DNA of 64,000 nt, taken from positions 73,904,001 through 73,968,000 of the forward strand of contig OX597814.1 in NCBI GenBank assembly GCA_951406725.2, given 5' to 3'. Numbering within the stretch: position 1 is the stretch's first letter; each line of letters opens with the position of its first letter. This stretch comes from Octopus vulgaris (lineage: Eukaryota). Positions 27,466-37,361 of this stretch are shown here, piece after piece. The position numbers and the translations under genes were made by a program. The notes under the pieces are model-generated. The model ran no database searches and was not told the origin of the DNA. It saw only the letters and a program-made list of their open reading frames with translations.

Positions 27466-27770
27466 AGATAAGAAAATGGAGAAATACATCTAAATCAAAT
27501 ATCAATTACCAGATAATACTCAATCACATACTTTATTAAACCATCACATAAGAGACTGTAGGGTTAAATATAAAAAGCAGAACAAATCAGTGTACATAAA
27601 GGAATGTACATAAAAAAGTGTACATAAAAGAGTAATGTTGTATAATAAGTAGAATATATATATAAAAGAGAATATAAATATAAGTAAATATAAATATAAG
27701 TATTATATTTATATGGATCTATTACCTCACCAAAGTTTGCTTTCAATTTTTTACAACCCCTATCTCAATT

Positions 27771-27816
<46 letters not shown>

Positions 27817-27818
27817 CA

Positions 27819-27872
<54 letters not shown>

Positions 27873-27878
27873 AATTCT

Positions 27879-27918
<40 letters not shown>

Positions 27919-28302
27919 CTTGTTTTAATATTGTTTTCAATAATAGAAATATTAAAATTACTAAGTCTCTCTAAATGTCTGCAGCTGTCTGACTAGCAGG
28001 ATGAAGCGGCTGACCTCCCCTGTTCGAAGGTTTGTAATGGACGCAGGTTGTGTGTCAAATAGCTAGCTAGAGGTGGTGGCCTCTTGGAGCTAATCAGCGA
28101 CAGCTTTAGTCTTATATTTATAAGACTGCCATATTAGTATGGCGATAACTATTAATTTCCAGTAACGCTGCCGTAATCTCCTTTAGAGAGACTCAGTAAT
28201 TTTAATATTTCTATTATTGAAAACAAGTGGATGTATTCAACTGTAACTAGGTAAATTCTTCGAACAGAGGCAGTCAGTAGCGACACCTGCGGGTCTGACT
28301 AT

Positions 28303-28345
28303 GCTGCATTGATAAGGGGCAACAACCCTGAAACATGTCTGCAGC
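28303..28345 (+). ncRNA. Type I minimal hammerhead ribozyme, U3-A8 variant
   Basis: GCTGCA TTGATAA GGGG caacaa CCCT GAAA CATG TC^ TGCAGC; predicted cleavage after 28339. Confidence 0.8.
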
Positions 28346-28662
28346 TGTCTGACTAGCAGGATGAAGCGGCTTACATCCCCCGTTCGAAGGTTTGTAATGG
28401 ACGCAGGTTGTGTGTCAAATAACTAGCTAGAGGCGGTGGCCTCTTGGAGCTAATCAGCGACAGCTTTAGTCTTATATTTATAAGACTGCCATATTAGTAT
28501 GGCGATAACTATTAATTTCCAGTAACGCTGCCGTAATCTCCTTTAGAGAGACTTAGTAATTTTAATATTTCTATTATTGAAAACAAATGGATGTATTCCA
28601 CTGTAACTAGGTAAATTCTTCGAACAGAGGCGGTCAGTAGCGACACCTGTGGGTCTGACTAC

Positions 28663-28705
28663 GCTGCATTGATAAGGGGCAACAACCTTGAAACATGTCT
28701 GCAGC
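28663..28705 (+). ncRNA. Type I minimal hammerhead ribozyme, U3-A8 variant (second unit)
   Basis: GCTGCA TTGATAA GGGG caacaa CCTT GAAA CATG TC^ TGCAGC; predicted cleavage after 28699. Confidence 0.75.
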
Positions 28706-29121
28706 TATCTGACTAGCTGGATGAAGTGGCTGACCTCCCCTGTTCAAAGGTTTGTAATGGACGCAGGTTGTGTGTCAAATAGCTAGCTAGATGCGGTGGC
28801 CTCTTGGAGCTAATCAGCGACAGCTTTAGTCTTATATTTATAAGACTGCCATATTAGTATGGTGATAAATATAATGTAAATATTATACATATATAATATT
28901 TACATAATATATATATAATATATTTATATATTTATATATATATATAATATATATATTATATATATATAATATATATATAATTTATATAACATATATATAT
29001 ATATATGAAATATATATAATTATATATATATATATATATGAAATATATATATATTAATAGTAATGTAAGACAACAAAAGAATGAAAGAGACCTGAATATT
29101 ATGTAAATAGAGGAATTTATC

Positions 29122-29218
29122 TGTAATATAATATGTGACAATTATTTGGTTCCACCCTGATATCCAAAACTCTGAGTTTTATTATGGCAACCAAATAATT
29201 GTCACATATTATATTACA
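29122..29218. repeat. Perfect 30-bp inverted repeat
   Basis: tgtaatataatatgtgacaattatttggtt / aaccaaataattgtcacatattatattaca. Confidence 0.9.
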
Positions 29219-29238
29219 CACACACATGCACACATATA

Positions 29239-29606
29239 TACAGGGTTTGGGCAAAATAATGGAAACACCTAGCATCATAATTTTGAAATATCTATAAAAC
29301 TGTCAAAAGCTTGTTTATTTTTATGTTTTTTGAGTCATTATTAGTGTTGCTTAATATGTTTTGCTAAAATTGCTGTTTCTTTTCTGGTTTCATCAGAAAA
29401 AAGTAATTGAAATTCATTAAAATGACAGATTAATCGGACTCTCAAAGAGGTCAAATTGTTGGTGCTCATATGGCAGGTACTAGCATTACGAAAACAGCCG
29501 AAATGTTTGGTGTATCAAGAAGTACCATCTTGAAAGTAATGACTACCTTTGAGAAAGAGAGAAAAACCTCCTCGTTGAAGCAAAATTCCGGAAGAAAACC
29601 AAAATT
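29239..29606 (+). mobile_element. Tc1 transposon 5' fragment
   Basis: TA-CAGGGTTTGGGCAAAATAATGGAAACACC end; HTH relic QRGQIVGAHMAGTSITKTAEMFGVSRSTILKV...NSGRKPK. Confidence 0.85.
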
Positions 29607-30720
29607 TTACATCTTATTATTTTTTTGTATAATAGTGCTCACTTACTTAGTAAATATTGCTTTCATTATTTTATCACAGTCATAATCTCTCTCTTTTAAA
29701 CAAATATCACGGTAGTCTAACAATGGAGGGAGAAGCAATTTGTCAAGTTTTACTTTCTCCTTAAAGCAACACAGAGATTACAATTCAGCAGCCCATTTGT
29801 AAGCTTTGAAGTATGTATGTGTGAGAGAGAGAGAGGGGGTGAGGGAATATTGCAATCAATGAATGAAATAAACATGAAATGAAAAAATCATATAATTAAA
29901 AGGGTATTATTACTGATGTATATGCTTCCAATTTGTTATCTCAGAAGATCCAGGAAAATGGATACTTTTTATCAAAATTATCTACAAATACTGCATAGAT
30001 GTTGTGACTTCAGAGTATATAGGGATATATGGGAAAGAATTTTCCTGAGGGGGTGGAGAGAGGAGTTATGGAATATTCACACAATCTGACTTTTTTTCCC
30101 TCATATCTTTCAGGAAAACGGGTATCTTTTGATGAAAATTTATACAAATCCCTTTCAAATGGCATAGATTATGATTTTAAAGCAATTTGTGGGGAAAATT
30201 TTTTCGGGGCTTTCCCCCCACTTTTGTTTTAAATGCAGCCTTTGTAATGATGTGATGGTATGGGGGGCATTTTTGTATGAAAAACGTTTTACAACTCTCG
30301 TTTCTTTATCACTTTCGCATGTATTGATGTTTTTCAATATTTTTACCCCCATAAATACATTTATATGCTATAAAAAAAAGAAAATTTGAGAAATTATGAA
30401 TTTTTTGCAACCTCACTCCCTGACTCCGATTGTTTCTGTTTAGAAATTAAAATATTAGAGAGCCTGAGAAGGTCATTGCTGGCATTTATTTGCAGTGATT
30501 TAAAAAAATTACAGAGATGTACTTGCATAGCAAATAACTTGATTTGAGATTGTGTGCTGAAACAAAAACAATTGCAGGTGGAAGATGTTTGTAAGCCATT
30601 CAAGACCACACAAAAACAGTTTCACTTCAACATTTAAATTTCATTTGTGTCAAAATATTTTCATCACTTTGATACTGTGAGACATAGATATGAAACTCAA
30701 TAAATTCAGGTCAATAATGT

Positions 30721-30792
30721 GAGCCATATGCATTAAATATGTCCCAGAGAAGAGAGCCATATGCATTAAATATGTCCCAGAGAAGAGAGCCA
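30721..30792. repeat. 33-bp perfect tandem duplication
   Basis: gagccatatgcattaaatatgtcccagagaaga twice, then gagcca. Confidence 0.9.
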
Positions 30793-31004
30793 ATGCACAC
30801 GAAAACATCATTCCCCAAGACAGGAGAATACTCATGCGGCAGAGAATAAAGATCTCGTTCAAATAAACACCTCAACGACAGTGTGAAATCCCACCTGACA
30901 GAGGAACTCTTCAAGATTGAAAATAAACTCAAAATATCCCATGAAAAAGAAAGAGAAGAAAGAGGAACCTGGGCAGTGGAAAATATAAAAAGAAATACTA
31001 AAGC

Positions 31005-31201
31005 ACATTATTTACATTATTTACGATTGACGAATATTTGTCCTCATCTTGTTTGTTGTTAACACAACATTTCGGCTGATATACCCCAGCCTTCATCAGG
31101 TGTCTTGGGGAAATTTCGAACTTGGGTTCGCATTCTTAAGGTATTTTTTGATGTTGTTGTTGTTGTTGTTGCTGTTATTATTATTATTATTATTATTATT
31201 A

Positions 31202-31242
<41 letters not shown>

Positions 31243-31321
31243 ATTCAGGTCACTGCCTGGAATCGAACTGGGAATCTTGCGGTTAGTAACCTGTGCTCTT
31301 AACCACCATATGCTCGACGTT
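31005..31321 (-). mobile_element. tRNA-headed SINE carrying a hammerhead motif
   Basis: Minus strand: head TGGTGGTTAAGAGC...GTTCGATTCC, (AAT)n/(AAC)n linker, then a hammerhead. 12-bp TSD aaatactaaagc at 30993-31004 and 31322-31333. Confidence 0.85.
31061..31104 (-). ncRNA. Type I minimal hammerhead motif
   Basis: GACAC CTGATGA a GGCTG gggtatat CAGCC GAAA TG TT GTGTT. Confidence 0.7.
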
Positions 31322-33378
31322 AAATACTAAAGCCTTCTATATATTGGAAAAGGAGTCTGCCTCAGTACACTATAAGATAGGGCCACTGTTTGGTAAAAAA
31401 ACAGCTCACTAACTGCAGACCCAGGGAAGATAAGTGAAGCACTAAATAAACAATTATGAAGTGTTTTCACTTTTCCACTGGAAAATATGCAAATAAACAA
31501 GCCTGTGGAGTTTTCAATGCAACAAATCTATTCAGAAAAGAGGCAACCATCGATTACATCAACATAACAGAAGATGATGTAATATCGGCCATTGATGAGA
31601 TGACATCAAACTCAGCAATGGGCTCAGATGGACTCCCTGCTGTTCTCTTAAAAACATATAAAAAGGCTCTTTCCAAGCCACTGCAGATACTCTTTCAGAG
31701 TTTCCTTGCATGTGGTAAACTTTCCAACATGCTAAAAGAGGGTATAATATGCCCTGTCCATAAAGGAGGGAGCAGCGATGATGCTAAAACTACAGGCCCA
31801 TCTTTCTGACCTCACATGTTAGCAAGACAATGGAATGCATTGTCAGAAAAAGGCTGATCATGTTCCTAGAAGAAAACAACCTCCTCACAAACATGCAACA
31901 TGGCTTCCGTCCAGGAAGGAGCTGCCTCACACAACTGCTGATGTACTTTGACTGGATGCTGAAACAACAGCTAAACCAGTCAACTGTAGACGTAATATAA
32001 CTCGACTTTGCCAAGGCCTTCGACAAGGTTGGTCATGGCATGACATGTCACAAACTGTGAAAGCTTGGTATTACTGGGAAAATGGGAGAATGGTGGCATT
32101 TTCTGAAAGGTAGGAGTCAGACAGTTGTAGTCAATAGTGCTCACTCTGAAGTAGCACCAATTCTCAGCAGAGTCCTTCAGGGAACTATACTGGGTCCACG
32201 TTATTTGTGGTGGCCCTCTCAGACAAGCCCCTCCACAGTACAGTCAGCCAATCTGACCAGTTATGCTGATGACACAAAAGTATCGCAGGCAGTTAGGAAC
32301 CTAAAGGACAGTGTAAAACTGCAGAAAGATCTAAATGAAATATACAAATGCGCTAACAAAAATAACATGCAGTTCAGTGCTTTGAAATTTCAGGCAATCC
32401 ACTATTGGTCCAACACCAGGCTAAAATCGAAATACACTGGACCAGTTGGTGCATGACCTGGAGGTTCACATGAGTAATGATGCAACATTCCATGTGCATA
32501 TTACAAAAGATGGCAACACTGTGTTGCTGGCTGGATTCTGAGGACATTCAGAACCAGTAAAAAGGGAAGCCCTGCAACTCCTATGGAGGACTTTCATTCT
32601 CTGCCACTTGGACTACTGCTTCCAACTATGGTCCCCAGAGAGTGTGAAGCAAACTGTTGTACTCGAAGCAATCTAGCACCAAAACACAAAGAAGATTGAC
32701 TTGATGCAAAAGATGGGCTACTGGGAGAGGCTAAAGGAGCCGAGTCTCTATTCTCTGGAGAGAAGACGAGAGAGTTATGCGGTAATATATATTTGGAAGA
32801 TCTTGGAGGGTTTAGCTCTCAATTTGGGAATTGACAGCTATACCAATCCTCGAACTGGACGGCACTACATCATACCAAAGATCCCGTCTTCCCCATCTAA
32901 AATAAAGACACAGTACTGCAATAGTCTGGGTTTCAAGGGCCCACAATAGTTCAACATCCTGCCAGGCAAACTTAATGATCTGCATGGTGCTGATGTGGCA
33001 GTTTTCAAGGAACATCTGGATAGGTTTCTATCTGAGATACCAGATGAACCCATATCACAGCAGGAGACGCACAGAAGAGCAGCTCTGTCCAACTCACTAC
33101 TCCAACAAAACAATACCAGAAACAACAACACTGAGTAACTACAGGTGGTGTACCAGCATAATCTCAGCCCTGGGCTGAAACCAGTAAAAGATAAAAGATA
33201 AAAGAAAAGACATTATGACCCGGCGTTGCCAGGTCATAGTGCTAGTTTGGTATAAATTTGTTAAATTAAAAATTTGGGGTAATAAAACATACAATGACAT
33301 ATTAAAAAGATGAATTAAAATTCCAGAGAAAAATACATAGAAGATAAATATACAAATTTACAAAAATACATAAAAGTT

Positions 33379-33460
33379 CATCTACGGGCCGTTTCGGAGA
33401 AGCACCAATTAATATGAAACATATCATATATTTAAAATTGACACTCCCCTCGTCAGGATG
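33379..33460 (-). ncRNA. Type I hammerhead motif with extended stem II
   Basis: CATC CTGACGA gg GGAG...CTCC GAAA CGGCCCG TA^ GATG. Confidence 0.75.
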
Positions 33461-34254
33461 TTTTTTACACACAACACATAGTACACGGAAACAAATGCAC
33501 AATTACATACCTGCTACATGCGAAAGACCAGACATTACGTACTCCCAAAAATTCTCATCGATACTGAATGCTACTTTATAAGCATAGAATTCAATCTAGC
33601 AGCTATAGTAAATGGTATGTGCACAGCTCCATCTGGACTAATTCACTTCTGCACTCAATTAAATCTTTCATCTTTTATTTTCGCCCATTCATGCAAAGCC
33701 ACATATTCGAGTTCAAGTCTTTGATACATTTTATACTAATTGCTATTTTTTCTTTTAATTGTTATATTACGATTTAATTACCATTTTAATAAAATAAAAT
33801 ATATTTAATTACTACTTACTATATTTACTATATTTAATTCAATTGTTATTATTACCTCTAACTTTTATTGCAATTTTTATTTCTAAATTTCTTATGGAAC
33901 GTGAAGTGGATCTTATGTGTACAATATATTTTTATATGATATTTATATATTTATATATTACTATAGATTTCTAAATGTTGGGCTTTATGTCTGTTCTGTA
34001 GATATAAATGAATATATGAATATATGCATGTGTTTGATCTTTCTGTGGATTTTGTAGTGCTCTTGTAGTTGCTGCTCGCATTGCCTCCCCTCGGATTAAA
34101 AAGTGTATACAGCTCATTTGAGCACTACTATTCCAGTCTGTTATATATTTTGAGCGTTGTTGTCACTAACGATCTCAAGATATAACTTTATATTTTGTAA
34201 TATATATATAAATATATATATATATACATACATCCATATACATACAATAGAGAG

Positions 34255-34485
34255 ATGTTTTTGTTTCACTTTTAACACGTAATACTGAAATAGTGGAGAA
34301 GATATGATATTGCTGTGGGCTTGCTCTAGGCAAGAAGTTAAACACTTTTTTGTCCATGACACTACATGGACCCTAAGTAAGGCATGTGTAAAATTTGAAT
34401 GAAATTGGTTGTGTAGTTCTCAGGTTTTAGGAAAACACACAGACAGACAGACAGATGCACATTCTCAGTTTTATATATATAGAGA
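34255..34485 (-). mobile_element. Helitron-like 5' fragment
   Basis: A|TCTCTATATATATAAAACTGAG...(CTGT)n resembles the 5' end of the 40942-41325 element. Confidence 0.55.
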
Positions 34486-34497
34486 TATATATGCACA

Positions 34498-34547
<50 letters not shown>

Positions 34548-34549
<2 letters not shown>

Positions 34550-34905
34550 ATCATCATCATTGTTTAACGTCCGTTTTCCATGCTAGCATGGGCTGGACTG
34601 TTCGACTGGGGTCTGTGAAGCCAGGAGGCTGCACCAGGCACCAGTCTGATCTGGCAGTACTTCTACAGCTGAATGCCATTCCTAATGCCAACCACTCCAT
34701 GAGTGTAGTCGGTGCTTTTTACATGCTACCGGCACAGGGGCCAGAGGAGGCTGGCAAACGGCCACAATCGGTTGGTGCTTTTACGTGTCACTGACACGGA
34801 CGCCAGTCAGGTGGCGCTGGCATCTGCCATGTTTGGACGGTGCTTTTAACGTGTCACCAGCACGGGTATCTTAACTACAATTTCCATTTGATTTTCATTT
34901 TGATG
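34548..34905 (-). mobile_element. RTE LINE 3'UTR fragment
   Basis: Reverse complement of the 25270-25608-type tail. Confidence 0.8.
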
Positions 34906-35036
34906 CTATATATATAATACACACGCACACACATACATACATACATATATATATATATGTGTGTGTGTGTGTGTATATATATACAATATATATAATATAT
35001 ATATAATATATAATACATATATATATGTGTGCGTAT

Positions 35037-35069
<33 letters not shown>

Positions 35070-35346
35070 GCATATGTATATATATATATATATACAGATG
35101 ACGTTAAGTTAGAAGTTATAACAACCATCTAAGGGATAACTTGAATCCTATGAATCCACTGGTGTATTGCCTATATTTAATCATGAGCATTGGTGTTAAC
35201 GCTCTCAAATGATGGGTAATGACAAAAATAAACTAGAGTTTATCAATATTCAAAGGAAAACAGAAATATGGAGATACAGTTAATGGATTAAAATTGTTTT
35301 ACATCAATTATCCTTTCTTAATTAGTTACAAAAAGACACAATTTCG

Positions 35347-35464
35347 ACTTACAGCCGTTTCAATTATCATGGTTCTTTGTTTTAGCCACCACAATAATAG
35401 TAATAATAGTTACCATTGTAGGTAATTAGTTATTACAAATTGAATCTTGAAACTTCATCAGAGA
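35347..35464 (-). ncRNA. Degenerate type I hammerhead motif
   Basis: ttct CTGATGA AGTT...(long loop)...AATT GAAA CGGCTG TA^ agt; stems I and II are weak. Confidence 0.45.
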
Positions 35465-35828
35465 AAAAAAAATAGATAAAATAAATAAAAACAAAAAGGA
35501 GAAAAAGAAGAAGAAAGTGGGAATGGTAATAATCAATAGGTGCTACATGCTGACCCACTGTGAAACTTTTGACCACCTGGAAATTAGAAATAGAATAAGG
35601 AGTAGTTATAATATTAAGTGGTACATTCCTATATACAGGTGGGGGTGAAGCAGTGATATATAAAATGAGCAATTTAGTGAAGTTGAAAAATAAAGTGAAA
35701 AAGTAAGAAAAATACTTAGAAATATTGGTAGTTAAAGAACTAAATGATAATATTAGAAAATTACTATTTTTAAATCTCACGAGAAAAATTCAGCAACAGT
35801 ACTTTGTAGTAAAGATTGTTTGCCGACA

Positions 35829-36127
35829 TAACACAGCAGTCCTGGTTTAGGACAAATGTTGCTGTAAATTAGCACCAGGAGACATCGTCTCCAGCTGGCT
35901 ATACAACATGATCTGTGTCCTTATATTTTCGAACAAGGGAATCTAGCACCCCCACTCAATAACCAGGATATGGCGATACACAGATATTGTTTTGAGCTGA
36001 GTGGGGGTGCTAGATTCTCTTGTTCGAAAATATAAGGACACAGATTGTATCATATAGCCAGCTGGAGACGATGTCTCCTGGGGCTAAATTACAGCAACAT
36101 TCGTCCTAAACCAGGACTGCCGTGTTA
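35829..36127. mobile_element. Palindromic MITE with about 130-bp arms, TA-bounded
   Basis: 35829-35959 is the near reverse complement of 35998-36127. Confidence 0.85.
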
Positions 36128-36224
36128 CTATAAATAAGAACAGTTGACTATAATTTACTATAACTGATTTCATAATATTTAGTATAATGCATATGAAATC
36201 ACATTATATATATATATAAATATT

Positions 36225-37110
36225 ATATATTAGAGCCTCCTCTAACATGTGGCACTTGGTGAAGCATGAAGTTTGATATAGCTGCCCTCATTTGCACCTC
36301 TTGCCATGAGGTAGGTTCATCTGGGACTCTCAACAGGAAGAGGTCCAGCTTTGATTTAAAAACCCCTACATCTACTTTGTGCAAGTTCCTCAGACTCTTT
36401 GGGAGCATATTAAAAAGCTGTGGGCCCTTGAAACCCAGGCTGTTGCAGTAAATGGTCCTGAAGTGTGATGGCATTGCTGGGATCTTTGGCACTATGCAGT
36501 GTCGTCCGGTTCTGACATTGGTGTAGCTTTCAATGCCAAAATTTGGCACAATTCCTTCCAGGATCTTCCAGATATATATTACTGAATACCTCTCCCGTCT
36601 TCTCTCCAGGGAGTAGAGTCTTAACTGTTTCAACCTTTCCCAGTAGCTGAGCTGTCGCAAAGAGACGATCTTCTTTGTGAATCTTCTCTGGATTGCTTCA
36701 AGGTCTGCTGTTAATTTCACACTGGTGTGTGACCATAGCTGTGAGCAGTAATCCAGGTGGCTGAGGACGAAAGTCCGCCAGAGGACCATCATGGTTTCCT
36801 TATCTCTGCCTGTGCTTGGTGTAGCCAGGTTAGCTGCTGTACAATCCTTTATGCCATGCACAAAAAAGATCCTTGCTAGCTCCTGCATTGCGCAGAACAT
36901 CTGAGGAGCACACTTCTTTTCTGAATGTTTTCCTTGGAGACATTTATTGTCTTTCCTCAGTGAAGTTTTTCTCTTTAAGGCCCCTGTAGTTCTGGCGGGA
37001 TGTCGGGTGGGCAAACCGGCAGTTTTTGCCATCCTCCCCATGCCAACATTTGCCTTGCAGGTAAAATTTGCAGGTTCTTGGGTGCCTTCCAGATTTCTTC
37101 TTTCCTATAT
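36225..37110 (-). mobile_element. Internally deleted CR1-like LINE: ORF1-type CCCH region joined to the ORF2 C-terminus
   Basis: CKFYLQGKCWHGEDGKNCRFAH (36944-37162 frame), then from about 36810 RDKETMMVLWRTFVLSHLDYCSQLW...LYSLERRRERY. Confidence 0.8.
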
Positions 37111-37117
37111 ATGTGAA

Positions 37118-37345
37118 GGCACATGGCTCAGTAGTTAGAGCGCCATGAGGTTGTGAGTTCAATTCCCAGACTTGTTGTGTTCTTGAGCAAGATACTTTAT
37201 TTCAGGTTGCTCCAGTTCACTCAACTGTAGAAGCAAGTTGCGATGTCACTGGTGCCAAGCTGTATCAACCTTGCCCGGACTTGTGCCTTGGAGGGCAACT
37301 TTCCAGGTGCAACCCATGGTCATTCATGACTAAAGGAGGTCTCCT
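37118..37345 (+). mobile_element. tRNA-headed CORE-like SINE
   Basis: TGGCTCAGTAGTTAGAGC ... GAGTTCAATTCCC ... tgtgttcttgagcaagatactttatttc. Confidence 0.7.
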
Positions 37346-37361
37346 CATATATATATATATA

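Larger units (their letters stand above)
27929..28868 (+). repeat. 360-bp tandem array (about 2.5 units) with hammerheads; retrozyme/Penelope pLTR-like
   Basis: Near-identical units start at 27975, 28335 and 28695. A short inverted piece at about 27929-27975 is the reverse complement of 28182-28226. Embedded in (TA)n. Confidence 0.9.
30790..33208 (+). mobile_element. CR1/L2-like LINE ORF2, decayed
   Basis: SAMGSDGLP, QHGFRPGRSCLTQL, DFAKAFDKV, QGTILGP, YADDTK, LYSLERRRE; tail ggtggtgtaccagcat...gaaacc then (taaaaga)n. Confidence 0.9.
29612..33245 (+). mobile_element. Non-autonomous Helitron interrupted by later insertions
   Basis: The 3' end is clear: hairpin GACCCGGC-gtt-GCCAGGTC then CTAG|T at 33217-33245. 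The 5' A|TC at 29612 is tentative. Confidence 0.5.

Noticed and set aside
27975-28868. CRISPR-like array
   Set aside because: Whole units repeat with no unique spacers, there are no cas genes, and the context is eukaryotic.
34140-34187. Hammerhead-shaped hairpin
   Set aside because: No valid core on either strand.
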